Of a stretch of 64,000 nucleotides of DNA, positions 38,271-50,230 are shown in pieces (position 1 is the stretch's first letter; every line of letters begins with the position of its first letter). The DNA comes from Lama guanicoe (lineage: Eukaryota): NCBI GenBank assembly GCA_013239625.1, contig MU053482.1, forward strand, positions 4,239,922 through 4,303,921, given 5' to 3'. A program made the translations under genes and the position numbers. Below the pieces are notes generated by a model. It searched no databases and was not told the DNA's origin. It saw only the letters and a program-made list of their open reading frames with translations.

Positions 38271-38465
38271 CCTTAAACACTGCCTCCCCAGGGAAGTTGG
38301 CGGGTGAGCCAGGATGCATGGCTGCAAGCAACAGCAACAGCACTGGCTGATTCAAGCAGAAAAGGAGTTAATAAAAGAACATTGGGTGGCTCGTGGAATT
38401 GCCAGGAGAGCTGGAGAACCAGGCTCTTGGTAATATCAGCAAATACATCACCCCAAGTCTTGCTT

Positions 38466-38799
38466 TCTAAAAAAAAGAGACACAAATGAACTTATTTACA
38501 AAACAGAAACAGACTCACAGACACAGGAAACAAACTTAGGATTACCAGAGGAGAAGGGAGTGGGAAGGGATAAATTGGGAGTTAAGGATTTACAGATACT
38601 AACTACTATATATAAAATAGATAAACAACAAGGTCCTACTGTTTGGAACAGAGAACTATATTCAATATCTTGTAGTAACCTATGATGAAAAAGAATACGA
38701 AAAGGAATATATGTATATATGTGTATGACTGAAACATTATGCTAGACACTAGAAATTGACACAACATTGTAAACTGACTATACTTCAATAAAAAAAAAA
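38466..38799 (+). mobile_element. L1 3' UTR fragment with poly(A) (artiodactyl/camelid type)
   Basis: 'acaaatgaacttatttacaaaacagaaacagactcacagac...gggataaattgggag...acaacattgtaaactgactatacttcaataaaaaaaaaa'. Confidence 0.9.
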
Positions 38800-38999
38800 G
38801 TAGGAAATTCCCCAAAATTAAGACATGAGTTCAGATGCTGGGTGTCAAAAATGACAAATGTCCAACATAAGGGGAAATTGGAATTCTGTGAGGTTCTTTT
38901 CAGCAGCTTGAGTTCATTTAATTTAACAAGCACACTGGAGTGGAGTACATTATAATTCCCATTTATTAGCCCCATCTTCTCTATAAAAATACTAGACAT

Positions 39000-39373
39000 T
39001 GTTATTCATTGCCATTGCCTTGCAGTGCCCCTTCCATCCTGTGGGAGAATACTTCTCCACTGACATTGGACTTGAGCAGTAACCAGTTTTGACCAACGGG
39101 ATGTGATATAAACTGTGCGCTAGAAGAAGCTTTGGGATCCATCGCATGGAAGACTCTTGCTTTTGTATCTGCTCCAGGAAAATGACATGTCCCAAATAAG
39201 GGCTGGTCCTTCAGCCCATGCCTTGAAATGGGAAGAAACTAGCAGAACCTGGAGCAACCACAACTGAGTTGCACAGCCTCCAACATTAATAAGAGCAAGA
39301 AATAACTGTGACTTGTTCTGAGTCACTAATTTGGGGGAGGGAGGCTATTCGTTACAACAAAACTGTCTGATAC
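39000..39373 (+). mobile_element. MLT1 (MLT1H/I-like) MaLR LTR
   Basis: 'gggagaatacttct', 'ttttgaccaacgggatgtga', 'catgtcccaaataagggctg', terminal 'aaactgtctgatac'. Confidence 0.65.
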
Positions 39374-39379
39374 GTGTAT

Positions 39380-40480
39380 ATTGAGAAGCACTCCACACAA
39401 TCACCTATTCAGCAAAGCGAATATACGAATAAGTAGGACCTAGCCCCTGCCTTGATGACATTTATCTGTGACGCTCAAGTCATAGCTGGCACAGAGACGG
39501 AAATGTTTCAAAGGAGGCATAAACACAATCCCTGGAGAGCACTAGGAAAGGAGACAGAGATTCTGCCTGAGCCTCCAAGAAGGCTTCTGAGGGGATGTGA
39601 AACTTGAACTGGATCTTGAAGGTTAAGACCAATGTTATCAGAGGAGGCTGAAGAGGAGAGAGGAGGGAATTCCATGCAGAGGAAACATAGGCAAATTCAG
39701 AGATACAAGGAAAAGTATTATGCATACAAGAATAAATCCTGGTGTTGCTGGAGTATAGGCTGATGGGGAAAACAGCCAAAGGGAGAAGCAGATTTCAAAA
39801 GCCCCGGATGCCATGACAACAGGTTTCAGCCTCATACTCAAGACAACAGCAATGATCAAAAGTTGGCAGCAGATCTATATTTTAGAAATATTGCCCTAGA
39901 ACAGTAGAGTGGAGGATGAGTGAGGCGCAGAGAACACAGTGAACAAGGAGACTGTCAGATCAAAACCAGTGCCAGATAACAAGTTCCTGAACCGGAACAG
40001 TGGTGATGAGAACAAAAATGTTCGCAAAGCATTTCAGAGTTCATCAGTAAGACTTGGCTGGATGAGAGGTGAGGCAGGAAAGATCGAGAGAGGGCACAGA
40101 ATGTGATGGCACAGATTTAATCACTAAATGGATGGTGGAGTCATTCGTGGAGACAGGGGAGGCAGAAAGGGGACGAGGCGTGGGAAAAGCTGATTAGCTG
40201 CTGAGTGCATGTGAGCCATTCTCAGACAAACCCATGGAGCTGTCCCGTTGGTAGCTGGAAGAGATGGGAGAAATTCCCATCTGCCTGGAGTCGGGGAAGG
40301 GTTTGGAAAAAGCTCCAGAGATGGTGTTGACGTTTGCATTAAGGCCACTACAGAAACAGGTTGTTGGAAGAGGGGAAAAGAACAACAGCATTCTAGGCAG
40401 GGGATAAAGCCACCACAAAGCTGCGCAGGCAGAACACAGTCAGGGAAAAGTGGGCAGCTAAATACAGCTGAAGGACCAAT
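39380..40480 (-). mobile_element. L2 fragment(s)
   Basis: 'gaaggcttctgagggg...tgaactggatcttgaagg', 'gggaattccatgcagaggaaaca', 'gatctatattttagaaa'. Confidence 0.65.
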
Positions 40481-40784
40481 ATGTGATGGCCCTCTTGTGT
40501 GATTTTTTTCCCACAATGCATGGGACGGGTCATGAAGTGATCATTTCCATAGGTGAGGGAGTGTTTGTGTGACAGCGATGTAGTACGACCTTGTGAATAA
40601 ATCTGCAGACTCTTAAAAGTGGACTCCTGGGGTTACTGTTCCTTTATAAACTCAACTGTTGGTCCATTTCTGGCATTTATTAGTTCCTCTTTCTCTTATT
40701 GGCCTTCTGCTATAAAAATCAGCATATGTCTAGTTATTCCCAAAAAGAATAAATATCATATCTATCCTCCTTTAAAAACTATAG

Positions 40785-41181
40785 TGTATTTGTCTAGATA
40801 GACTGCAGTAACAGAAACACCCAAAATGTCAGTGGCTTCCACCACAAAGGTCTACTTCTCAGTCATGCTACATATCCATCGAGGGTCAACCAGGAGCCCT
40901 GGTCCTGTGTCATCACTGTCAGCTTCATCCTGAGATCAAGGCTGATGGAGCACCTGTTCCTCAGACCTTTGTGTTCACGGCAGAGAGGAAAGAGAACAAG
41001 GTGAGGCACACACTGGCTCCTAGAGCTTTCATCTGGAAGTGACATGTCACTTCTGCTCACACTTTCTTAGCCAAAATCAGTCACACAGCCAAGTCTGGCA
41101 GCAGGGGCAGTGGGGAAGTATACCCCCCCCAACATGGGAGCCTACGAGAGCCCACTGAGCAGCAACACAGTCTATGCCACA
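40785..41181 (-). mobile_element. MLT1J-like MaLR LTR
   Basis: 'ctgcagtaacagaaacacccaaaatgtcagtggctt', 'aggctgatggagca', 'ggaagtgacatgtcacttctgctcaca...gccaaaatcagtcacacagcc'. Confidence 0.8.
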
Positions 41182-41874
41182 CCACACACTAAGCTGGCGA
41201 GCTCCTTCAATGCCTGTGACGCTGTTTTGCCTAGGGCCTGGGAATTCTCATTTGATGTGGACACCTCCTATGGGAGGGCGTTCAACCCCTGGGCTCTACT
41301 CTTCTATTTAGAAACGCATCTCATCAGGCCTTGGCACCAGATTGCCAATGACCTGAATATTTCCAGCCAAGAACATTTCAAGTTCACGCCTGTACTCCCT
41401 GCATTGCGATCTTTCCCAAACTCTTAATTATCTTGGAGGTGGCCCCCAACCCTAGACAAAGGATGGAGCCAAGAATCATCTGCTTCTGCTTCCACTACAG
41501 CTTCTGTCTGCAGAAAGAAAAAGAAAACCTGGCACAGAAACTGTATGTCACTATCTGAGGCATTTGTAGATCAAATGTCACTTACTAGTCTGCTGCTGGG
41601 CTGGGGGGTTTCTTGTTATGCCCGCACATCATTTGTGTGCCTTGCAAGTCTCCAGCCTAATGCAGTCAAATCATTCCAGGACCAAACAGGGACGATAATT
41701 ATTATTCCTATGTGGTCCTGCAATTAACAGAGTTCTCCTAAGTAAATGTCTACATGAGCTTCATTCAAAACAGAAGCCAACAAGTGCTGCCTCTACCACC
41801 ACGGATCACCAATGAGAGGGACCAGGCCGTGAGCAATGAAACAGTTAAACTCCTTCGAGATTTTTATTTATTTG

Positions 41875-41875
<1 letters not shown>

Positions 41876-41918
<43 letters not shown>
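41876..41918 (+). repeat. (TATC)10 tetranucleotide microsatellite
   Basis: Read directly from the sequence. Confidence 0.95.
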
Positions 41919-42490
41919 TTTAGTCTTAAGTCTAAGTGTGTTTATAAAACCAGATTTCATCTTCTCCATTTTGCTTTCTCAAATAGAGCTTTCTGGGACT
42001 GACAAATTCCTCCCCTCCATCTTACACGACCCCGTCAAGCCAGGCACCTGCAATAGGCTGTTCTTATTTACTGCCTGATGGACACCAATTACTATCTATC
42101 TGTTTTAACTGTGAGTGGTAAAAGCCTGTCAGAGTCAGGCACCCTGGCTGAAAGATAGAAGAGTCCCTATTGTTGCCACTGCCTGAAACACTGACCTGTC
42201 TAGATGCCAGGCAGGCAGGTGGCTGGGTATTTACTGGGCACTTTCTATATGCTGGACACTGTGCTAAGCACTTGATCTGCAAGACTAACCCAACAGGTGG
42301 ATCCTATGATTGCCCCATTTTACAGAGAGGGAAGCTGACACTTAGAGAATGTTATGGAAAGACCATCGAGTGGGTGCTGTATGAATGGAGTCTTACAGGA
42401 TAATTAGGGACCAGCCAGGGGTTCAGAGAGAGGAGGGTCACTCAAGGAAACTGAACAACATGGACAAAGGCATGGAAATGAAGACGATCA

Positions 42491-42592
42491 CAGCTGTCCC
42501 TTGAACGATGAGTATGAACTGTGCAGGTCCACTTATGCCTGGATATTTTCCCATAGTAAATAATACAATACTTAAAGAAGATGTGGGGTGTA

Positions 42593-42636
<44 letters not shown>

Positions 42637-43264
42637 CACACACATGCACATATATACATATACAGACAATGGAATATTACTTAGCTATAAAAAAGAAGGA
42701 AATAATGCCATTTGCAGCAACATGGATGAACCTAGAGATTATCATATTAAGTGAAGTAAGTCAGAGAAAGACAAGTATCATATGATATCACTTATATTTG
42801 TGATATAAAAAAATAATACAAATAAACTTATTTATAAACCAGAAATAGACTCACAGATATACAAAGCAAACTACAGTTACCAAAGGGGAAAGGGCAGGGG
42901 TGAGGGATAAATTAGGAGTTTGGAGTTAACATATACGTACATATATATATAAAATAGATAAACAACAAGGACCTAGTGTATATAGCACAGGAAACTATAT
43001 TCAATATCTTGTAATAACCTATAATGGAAAAGAATCTGAAATAGAATATATATATATATATGTGTATATATATATATATCTGACTTTGCTGTACACTTGA
43101 CATTAACACAACATTGTAAATCAACAATACTTCAATAAAAAATAAACTACAGTACTACACGATCCATGGCTGGTTGCATCTGCAGATGTGGCAGAACCGC
43201 TGATAAAAGTGCTACCTATAAATTACAGGTGGATTAACCCCTGCTGTTGTTCAAGAGTCAACTA
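42491..43264 (+). mobile_element. Tigger2a-type MITE split by an L1 insertion (42491-42572 and 43146-43264)
   Basis: Terminal inverted repeats CAGCTGTCCCTTGAAC ... GTTCAAGAGTCAACTA|TA; internal 'tgaactgtgcaggtccacttat', 'actacagtactacacgatcc'. Confidence 0.8.
42573..43145 (+). mobile_element. 5'-truncated L1 3' end containing (TG)16 and AT-rich microsatellites
   Basis: 'caatggaatattacttagctataaaaaag...atgccatttgcagcaacatggatgaacctagag...cttcaataaaaataaa'; degenerate TSD aatacaatact/actacagtact. Confidence 0.9.
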
Positions 43265-44240
43265 TACCATATGTTTGGGGAAAGGTACAGACCAGGATGG
43301 CTAGAGCACATGGTACTTAGGTAGATTTGCCTAAAAATAAATATGGGAAGGTTAGCCAAGGCCAAATTGTGAAGGTTCTCAAATTTTATGCTAAAGAGTT
43401 TGGGCATCTGATTTCAGGAACTGGACAAGTGACAAAGGAGGAAAGTGGACAGGTGTCAGACAATAAGGAGTAGTGAGGACTGTGTCAAACTGGAAGGTAC
43501 ACAACCTTCAGTATGTAAAGGTACTCAAATTCTTTTTTTTTTTTTTAAAGTGTGAGCTGAAGTTGGCCCTCAGGGCATCAGCTTACACTATTCGGCAGTG
43601 AGAAGCTGATAAGATGACTAATCAGGGAATGATGAGGTTGGATCTCTTATTTTAGAGAGCTCCCTCCGGCAAGTTTGTGGATGAGAGGCTCCAGAGGGCA
43701 AGTCTGAGGGCAAGAAGACTACTGAGGAGGAAGATGCAGGGAGGCAGCAAGAGATGATGCCAGGTAGGGCCTGTGTAATGGCAATGGGTAGAAAAAAGTA
43801 ACAGATCTGAGAAGGAAATATTAAGGAGAAAGAAACTGGCAGGACTTGAATATAATCAGGATGTAAGTGAGAAACAGTATGGGGGTTTCAAATATAATGC
43901 CCAGGTAGCTGGTACAGACCACAGGGTTGTTGTTAAAACCAGAGGGTTGTGGGAGAAGAAGACAATGAGAGGCATTTTAGACAAGGGGAAGGGCAAAGCT
44001 TTGATGTTTCTGCTACCGAGGAGGCCCGCAAGGCTGGCTTGGATCTTGGCCAAGACTCCATGCTACCTCCATGGCTGAACAGCTGATGGGTCCACCAAAG
44101 CTGTGCTCTTCTACCACTGCAGAACACAGTCTCTGCTGTATTACAGGGGTGACCAAAAGCTCCAGGAGGTCCTCAGATTGGTGCCTGTCCCCATGCTGCA
44201 CCGGGACACCCACTGACACATGAGGTCACCAGATACAAGG

Positions 44241-44669
44241 TGTGATGACAAATTTTGTGTCAAGTTGACTAGGCCATGAAGTGCTCAGATATTTGGTCAA
44301 ACACTTTTCTGGGTGTGCCTGAGAGGGTGTTTCTGGATGAGATTCATATTGAAATTGGCTGACTGAGAAAAGCAGATTGTCTTCCCCAGTGTGTGTGGAC
44401 TTCGTCCAAATCAGTTGAAGGCCTAAATAGAACAAAAAGGCTGACCCTCCACGAGTTATAGGAAACTCCTCCTGCCTGACTATTTAAGCTGGGACATCAG
44501 TCTTTTCCTGCCTTCAGACTGTAACTGAAACATTGGCTCTTCTTGGGACATGAGCCTTCTGGCTTTGGAGCTGGAACTACACCATTGACTCTCCAGCTTG
44601 CCGACAGCAGATTTTGGGATTTCTCAGTCTCTATAATCATGTGACCCAATTCCTTATAATAAATCTCTT

Positions 44670-44721
<52 letters not shown>

Positions 44722-44744
44722 CCCTGGAGAACCTGACTGATACA
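44241..44744 (+). mobile_element. MLT2 (ERVL) solo LTR, MLT2D-like, containing (AC)22
   Basis: TG...CA ends, 'tgtgtcaagttgactaggcca', 'aatcagttgaaggcctaaatagaacaaaaaggctga', 'ccctggagaacctgactgataca'; 5-bp TSD caagg/ccagg; (AC)n at 44674-44717. Confidence 0.9.
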
Positions 44745-47700
44745 CCAGGTCAGGAAGGAGCAGGCCAGAACTCTGTCCCCTTGTCATCAGAGCTGACTGG
44801 GCCAGCATGGAGCCAGGCTGCACAGAGAGCACCTGCGCCCGAATGGGTCTGGTTCGCTCATGTAGGTGGAAGGCATCCCTTGGCCAGGAGAATATAAAAC
44901 AAAGGCAGGAGACTGGAGCTCCTCACTTACTGAGCACCTATTGTAGGCTAGCTACATTGCTGCAGCTTTTTCAGAGCTAATTTATTTAAGCCTCCCAGCA
45001 GGCCTAAGAGATGGGCTCAAATAGCCTCACTTTGTAGACAGAAAACTGAAGTTTGGGGTTTGGCAAGGCACATAGCTGGCCCAGATGTATATATGATTCC
45101 CTTCCATTGAGCTGTGTTCTCTGCACCCCCTACACTGACTTCCTAGCCAAGTCCCTCCTCTAGGAACGGAAGAACAGATGTGAGTGGAGAGAGGATGAAT
45201 TTGACCTTAGCATGCAAACTCCAGCATGCACAGTCCAGCCCCAAAGTCCACAGGTGCCAGTTCTTCAGGGGACGAAGTCGGCTGGGTGTGGGCTCATGGA
45301 GGCAGCCGATCTGACACGTGGAACATGCATCACACCCGGGTGCTAGTGAGTCACGCCAGCCTGGGATTCCTCAGGGAAGCTTCTAGCTCTGGAAGGAGTC
45401 CAGCCCTGCCCTCGTTCTTGCTATCTCTGTGATCCTGGGGGCCCTGGCACCAGGATGCGGTACCACCTGTCCCAGAACTGGCTGGGTACCCAGGGCACAG
45501 AGTAGCCAGCTTTGTCCCCCCTCTGTGCTGAGCGAATCAGTCTAACTCATCCAGAGGGGATTTAGCTGGGTGCTACAGATGCGGTCAGCAATCTCCTTTA
45601 ACAGGTTTACCTGTTCTGACCAAACACGAACGGCACACGTCTGTAAGTGTGAGTGTGTGTGCGTGTATGTGAGACAGGATTATAGGTATGTGCCTGCGTA
45701 TGAGTGTGTAAGCCTGTGTAGCTCTTCTTGGTTTTCACACTCAACAAGGACTTCTCTACAGAAATATCCCTTCCCCTTCCAGAAGTTCTTCCGAGTCCAG
45801 TCTCTAGCAAGGCAGGGCAGCTGGGAGATGGCTCGGATACCACACATCTACCTAAATCCCACATGAGCAGCTTTTCCTGGAGCTCAGGTCTTTGTCATTG
45901 GCCAGGTCCTCCACCCCCTCCCCCCGGGCACAGACTCTACTCATTCATGTGCACGGGACTGCAAAGCTCCTTCCAAAAAGGCCAGGCCAGCCAGAGAGAA
46001 GCCGGGAGAGAGCAAACCCAGCCCTAAAATGGGCAGGGCGGGAACCAGCTCCCTGCCATCTTAACATATGCTCAATAACTTAAGGCAGTTTTTAAATCAA
46101 GTGAACAAATCCCTTCCCTCCACAGGAAACAGGAAGATAGACCTTTCCTCTAGGCTGCAAACAGGGCCCTGTCTCTGCCTCCAGGAGACATCTTCAAGGC
46201 CTGGGCTCTCTCAGCAGCATCAAATCCAAACAGCACTCTGAGCAGACAGTCTACATGCAAATGGGCAAAGTCGGCCCTTCTGGAAGCCAACGTGCTCAAA
46301 ACAGGGGTGAAGCAGGCATCCTAATGAGGAAAAGGAGAGGCAGACCATCGACCGTGTAGTCATGGAGCTCTCCCAGGCTGCATGGAGCTGGATCGGAGAC
46401 AGAGCTCCCAGTCACCATCCTCTGCTGCCTACCACCTGGACTAAATCACCTGTGGGGTCCTTAAGAGGTCACAACCCGAGGCCACGCTGGTCCACTGTGC
46501 CGGCCAGCGGACATCACGCATGCTCTTGTCAACCAGTATCACTGACTCACTGTCCCCCGGGTGACAGCTGGAAGCTCAGCCTGGAGCCGCCAGCTCCCAG
46601 GTCCTGGGAAGGCCCTAGTGAGATCAGTGGTGTTGGAGGGGGCAGAGCCAGGGATGTGAAGCCAAGGAGGGGAGAACTCAAGAATGCCTCTGGGGCCTGG
46701 AGGTGGTAAGGGCATGGCTGAGCCACTCACTGAGGACAGTGTGTGATGCCCATGTCCACCCCGAGCTGGGTGTGCCCTGAGGACATGACTCAGGCCAGAT
46801 ACAGCCCTCGCCTGGGGCCATCACTGTAACTTGCGCAATTCCTGAATACAGGCACTGGGGCAGAAAGAGAAAACACTACACATGGATGTATCTCAAATAT
46901 GTACAAACCCATAGTTGCCTTCAGCAAAGATTGGGGAGGCAGGAAACCAATCACAGTTTCTTTAAACCAACTGAGGCATCACAGTGAATGAGCTTTGAGA
47001 AAATCCTGCAGGAAGCCCCATCCAGAGGCCTCTCAGAGCCCTTCCCAGAGGGGCTTGGGACTCATCCAGCTGCACCATCCATGCCCAGCCCCCCGCGTGC
47101 CCCTCCACACCCTCATGCCCTGCAGGAAGCAGCCCAGGACAGCCTGTGCATACCTGCACATGGGCATACATCCCTGCCTACATATCCCGACTACTTACTC
47201 TCCATTTGTACCCTCCCAAGATTCCGCTCTCCACCCATCCCTGCCAGGCTCTCTGCCCGGGAAGGAGACTCCTGCTTATGGCATCACTCAGCCTCCCTCA
47301 GGAGGGCTCAGCCAGAGGGAGGCATCAGCAGGAAATCAACGGGTAGGAGGAGAGTGGTGGAGAGGCTTCTTCCCCTCCTGTAGTTTCAGGGCCACATCTC
47401 TGGCAGTCGCCGTGTCCTTCCGTGACGATCGCTCCCTCCAGGCTGCATCACTTCCAAGACTCAGGTTCCTTCCTACCTTGGTAACATTATTTCTTCCCTT
47501 GTTCCCTCAGCCCTAGGTGCAGCAGAGCCTCCTCCCGTTGTGAGTCTCTGGGCATGCATGATCTTTAACTCCATCCTTACTGCTTCATTAAGGCCTCTTC
47601 ATGTGAACTGACGGGGTAAACCCTGCTCTGTGCTGGGTCCCTTCTGACAGGTACGAATGCACATGTCTATATGACACATCAGTGTGTGGGTGTGGGTACC

Positions 47701-47974
47701 AGCAGGCTATATACACATTCAGTCCTGTGTGTGCATCGGGACAAACCCACATGACTTCCAAGGCTGACAGAAGGAAGCCATCTCTGGGCATCCACCTCTG
47801 TATCCCAGAGGTCCCTGTACCTACTCCGATCCTGATGCTACTCCGGAATGTTTAGTCTAGGAATCTGCCTGACCCTACATCTGGATGGTAAACTCCTTGA
47901 GAGCCAGGAAAGAAGGGGGAGTGGGAGAAAGTAGGAAGTAAGGGGAGAGGAGAGAGGAGCAGAGGAAAAAGATG

Positions 47975-48170
47975 ACTATCGTTCACTGAGTACCTGCGAT
48001 GGAGCCATTTCTCTTTTCTTAAGACCATGTAGATAATCAGTCTCATTTTACAAATGGGAAGCCTGGGCTCAGGTGGTTTAGGTAACAATTTCAAAGCCAC
48101 ACAGCTAATGAGCAGTGGAGAAGCATTCAATCATAGGTGAGTCCTGGCCCTTCCCAGGTCACCATGCTGT
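47975..48170 (-). mobile_element. MIR SINE
   Basis: 'ctcattttacaaatgggaagcctgggctcag...cacacagctaatgagcagtggag'. Confidence 0.7.
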
Positions 48171-49659
48171 TTCATTATCTCCCCTACCAGGACCACAGTT
48201 ATGGCCAAGTAGTCGGTGCTCAGTCAATGCTTATAAAACTGATCTGAATCTGAGAAGGAAATTCAACAGCATGCTTAAATCTAAAGGGAAAAGCTCACAG
48301 TCATGAAGAGAGTCACACTGCTCAAGGCCTCAGCTCAGGTCATCTTGAATGACACACGGATGGTGTCTATGGCTTCAGTCATACAGAAGACACTGGGGGC
48401 TTCCCCTGGAGACAGTCTGAGGCTGGCTCTCAGTGAAAGCCAGGGGGTTGGTAAGTTGCCAGACGAGGGCTTTCAGACGCATGGTTGAGAATCCGAGCAT
48501 CAGGAGAACTGAATTGCTAACACATCCCTCAGCCTACCTTCTCAGCAAGGCCAGGGCAGGAACTCAGTGGCAGGTAATTTGCAGACAGTCTATGTAAGTG
48601 TAGAAACTGAAACGCCAGTAACTAAGCAGACAAAAATGAGAATGTTTAATAATTACAATGATAATGGTAACGAGACTAATCCTTTGATGGTCAGATGGCT
48701 CAAAGTCTGGGGTCTGTTCAGGGGCCAAAGCAGGGCCTGGGCACACCTGCTCCATCCTAGTGACCAGCATGCCACTTGGTCCCTTGTCTATCCCTGCTAC
48801 TCCCCAGCCACTAGTTAATCTTCAGCCCCCCTTGAAAATATTGGGGCTGTCTGGCCTCAGAAATACCTGCCTATCTTGCCAAATCTAGCAAGAACTACTG
48901 CTGAGCTGCCCCCAGGCTCCACCCTCACAAGCAACCCTGTATCAGTGGCCTATCACAACCTGCAGTGGGTGTAGGAGAAATTGAGGCCTGGTCAATGTCC
49001 CAGCAGTCACACAGCTGGCAAGTGATGGACTGGGATTCAAACCCAGGTCTGCCCTGTTCCGAATCCTGCCATCTTTGCCATATCTAGTGACGCCAGTGCC
49101 CTTTAACCCCATTCAGATGCCACCGTGCTCCTTATCCCCAAGGTCAAAGCATGTAGGTCTCCCTAAGGAGCTACCAGGAGCAAGGTGACAGTGGCTCAGA
49201 GGCAGACACGTGGAGCACCTCCAGATCAGCAGAGCCGGCCCCCACAGCACTGAGTCAGGGCTCACTGTGGGCACCCTGATCTCAACACGATGCCGGCTCT
49301 CCACAACAGCTATTTAGAAACCTCATTTGTATAAACTGAACAGCATATTCTTTTCTTTTTATTTCCCCTGCACTTTAAATAACTAAGTTATGGATGAAGG
49401 AAACAGAAGGGAAATGTTATCCAATCATGGGCTTGCCCTGGCGCACATCCGTATATCCGATAGCTTCTCCTGGCGCCATTTCTAATAGACTCCTTTCCTC
49501 TCTGCCTCATTATTTCCTGCTCTCCTTTGTGCTTCTAAACAAAGGCAGGGTGGGCACACAGCCAGGGCTTGCTCACTGCCCACCTGGCAGAGGGAGCAGG
49601 AAGGGACCACCCATGCTCCCTGGCTCCTCGGGGAATGACAGTACAAAGACCATACGTGG

Positions 49660-49840
49660 GTTGACCCCTTACTAGGTGCCAAAACTGTACATTGTCTCAT
49701 TCTGTCCTCATCGTTCCCCATGCTATGACCCCGATTTTACAGAGAAGGAAACAGAGGCTTAGAGAGGTCAAGCAGCTTTCCCAAGGTCACACAACTGGAA
49801 AGTGATGAAGCCAAGACTCAAACTGGTACAACCTGACCCC
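49660..49840 (-). mobile_element. MIR SINE
   Basis: 'attttacagagaaggaaacagaggcttagagagg...cccaaggtcacacaactggaaagtg'. Confidence 0.8.
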
Positions 49841-50084
49841 AGTTGGTCCAAGCCCTTGACTACAGCTAGTCAGCACTAACAGACTCCAGTGGTGCTCCCT
49901 AACAGCAAGGTGATGGCTCCCAAGGGAGGCTGGCGTTCAAAGAGGCAGAAGATGACCGTGGAATCTCCCAGGGCCCTCTGCAGGCCCAAACTGGAGGCAC
50001 TGAGCTCATGGCAGGTGTAATATGTAAAAAGGGGAGAGCTCTGACCAGCCATTTTGTCTCATCCTTACCTTGAAAAATGGTTTT

Positions 50085-50230
50085 CAATCATTTAGTCACT
50101 CAGTCATTCAACAAACACTCGCTAAACACCTACTCTATGCCAGACCCTGTGCTGGGTGCTGCTAATGCAAAGGTAAATATGACCCATTGTTGTCCTCAAG
50201 ATGTTTAACCAGTCAGGAAGACAGATGAGA
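50085..50230 (-). mobile_element. L2 3' end
   Basis: 'tcattcaacaaacactcgctaaacacctactctatgccagaccctgtgctgggtgctg'. Confidence 0.8.

Noticed and set aside
41036..41053. 18-bp perfect palindrome GAAGTGACATGTCACTTC
   Set aside because: It lies in an MLT1J-like LTR whose consensus, as I recall it, is already near-palindromic here.
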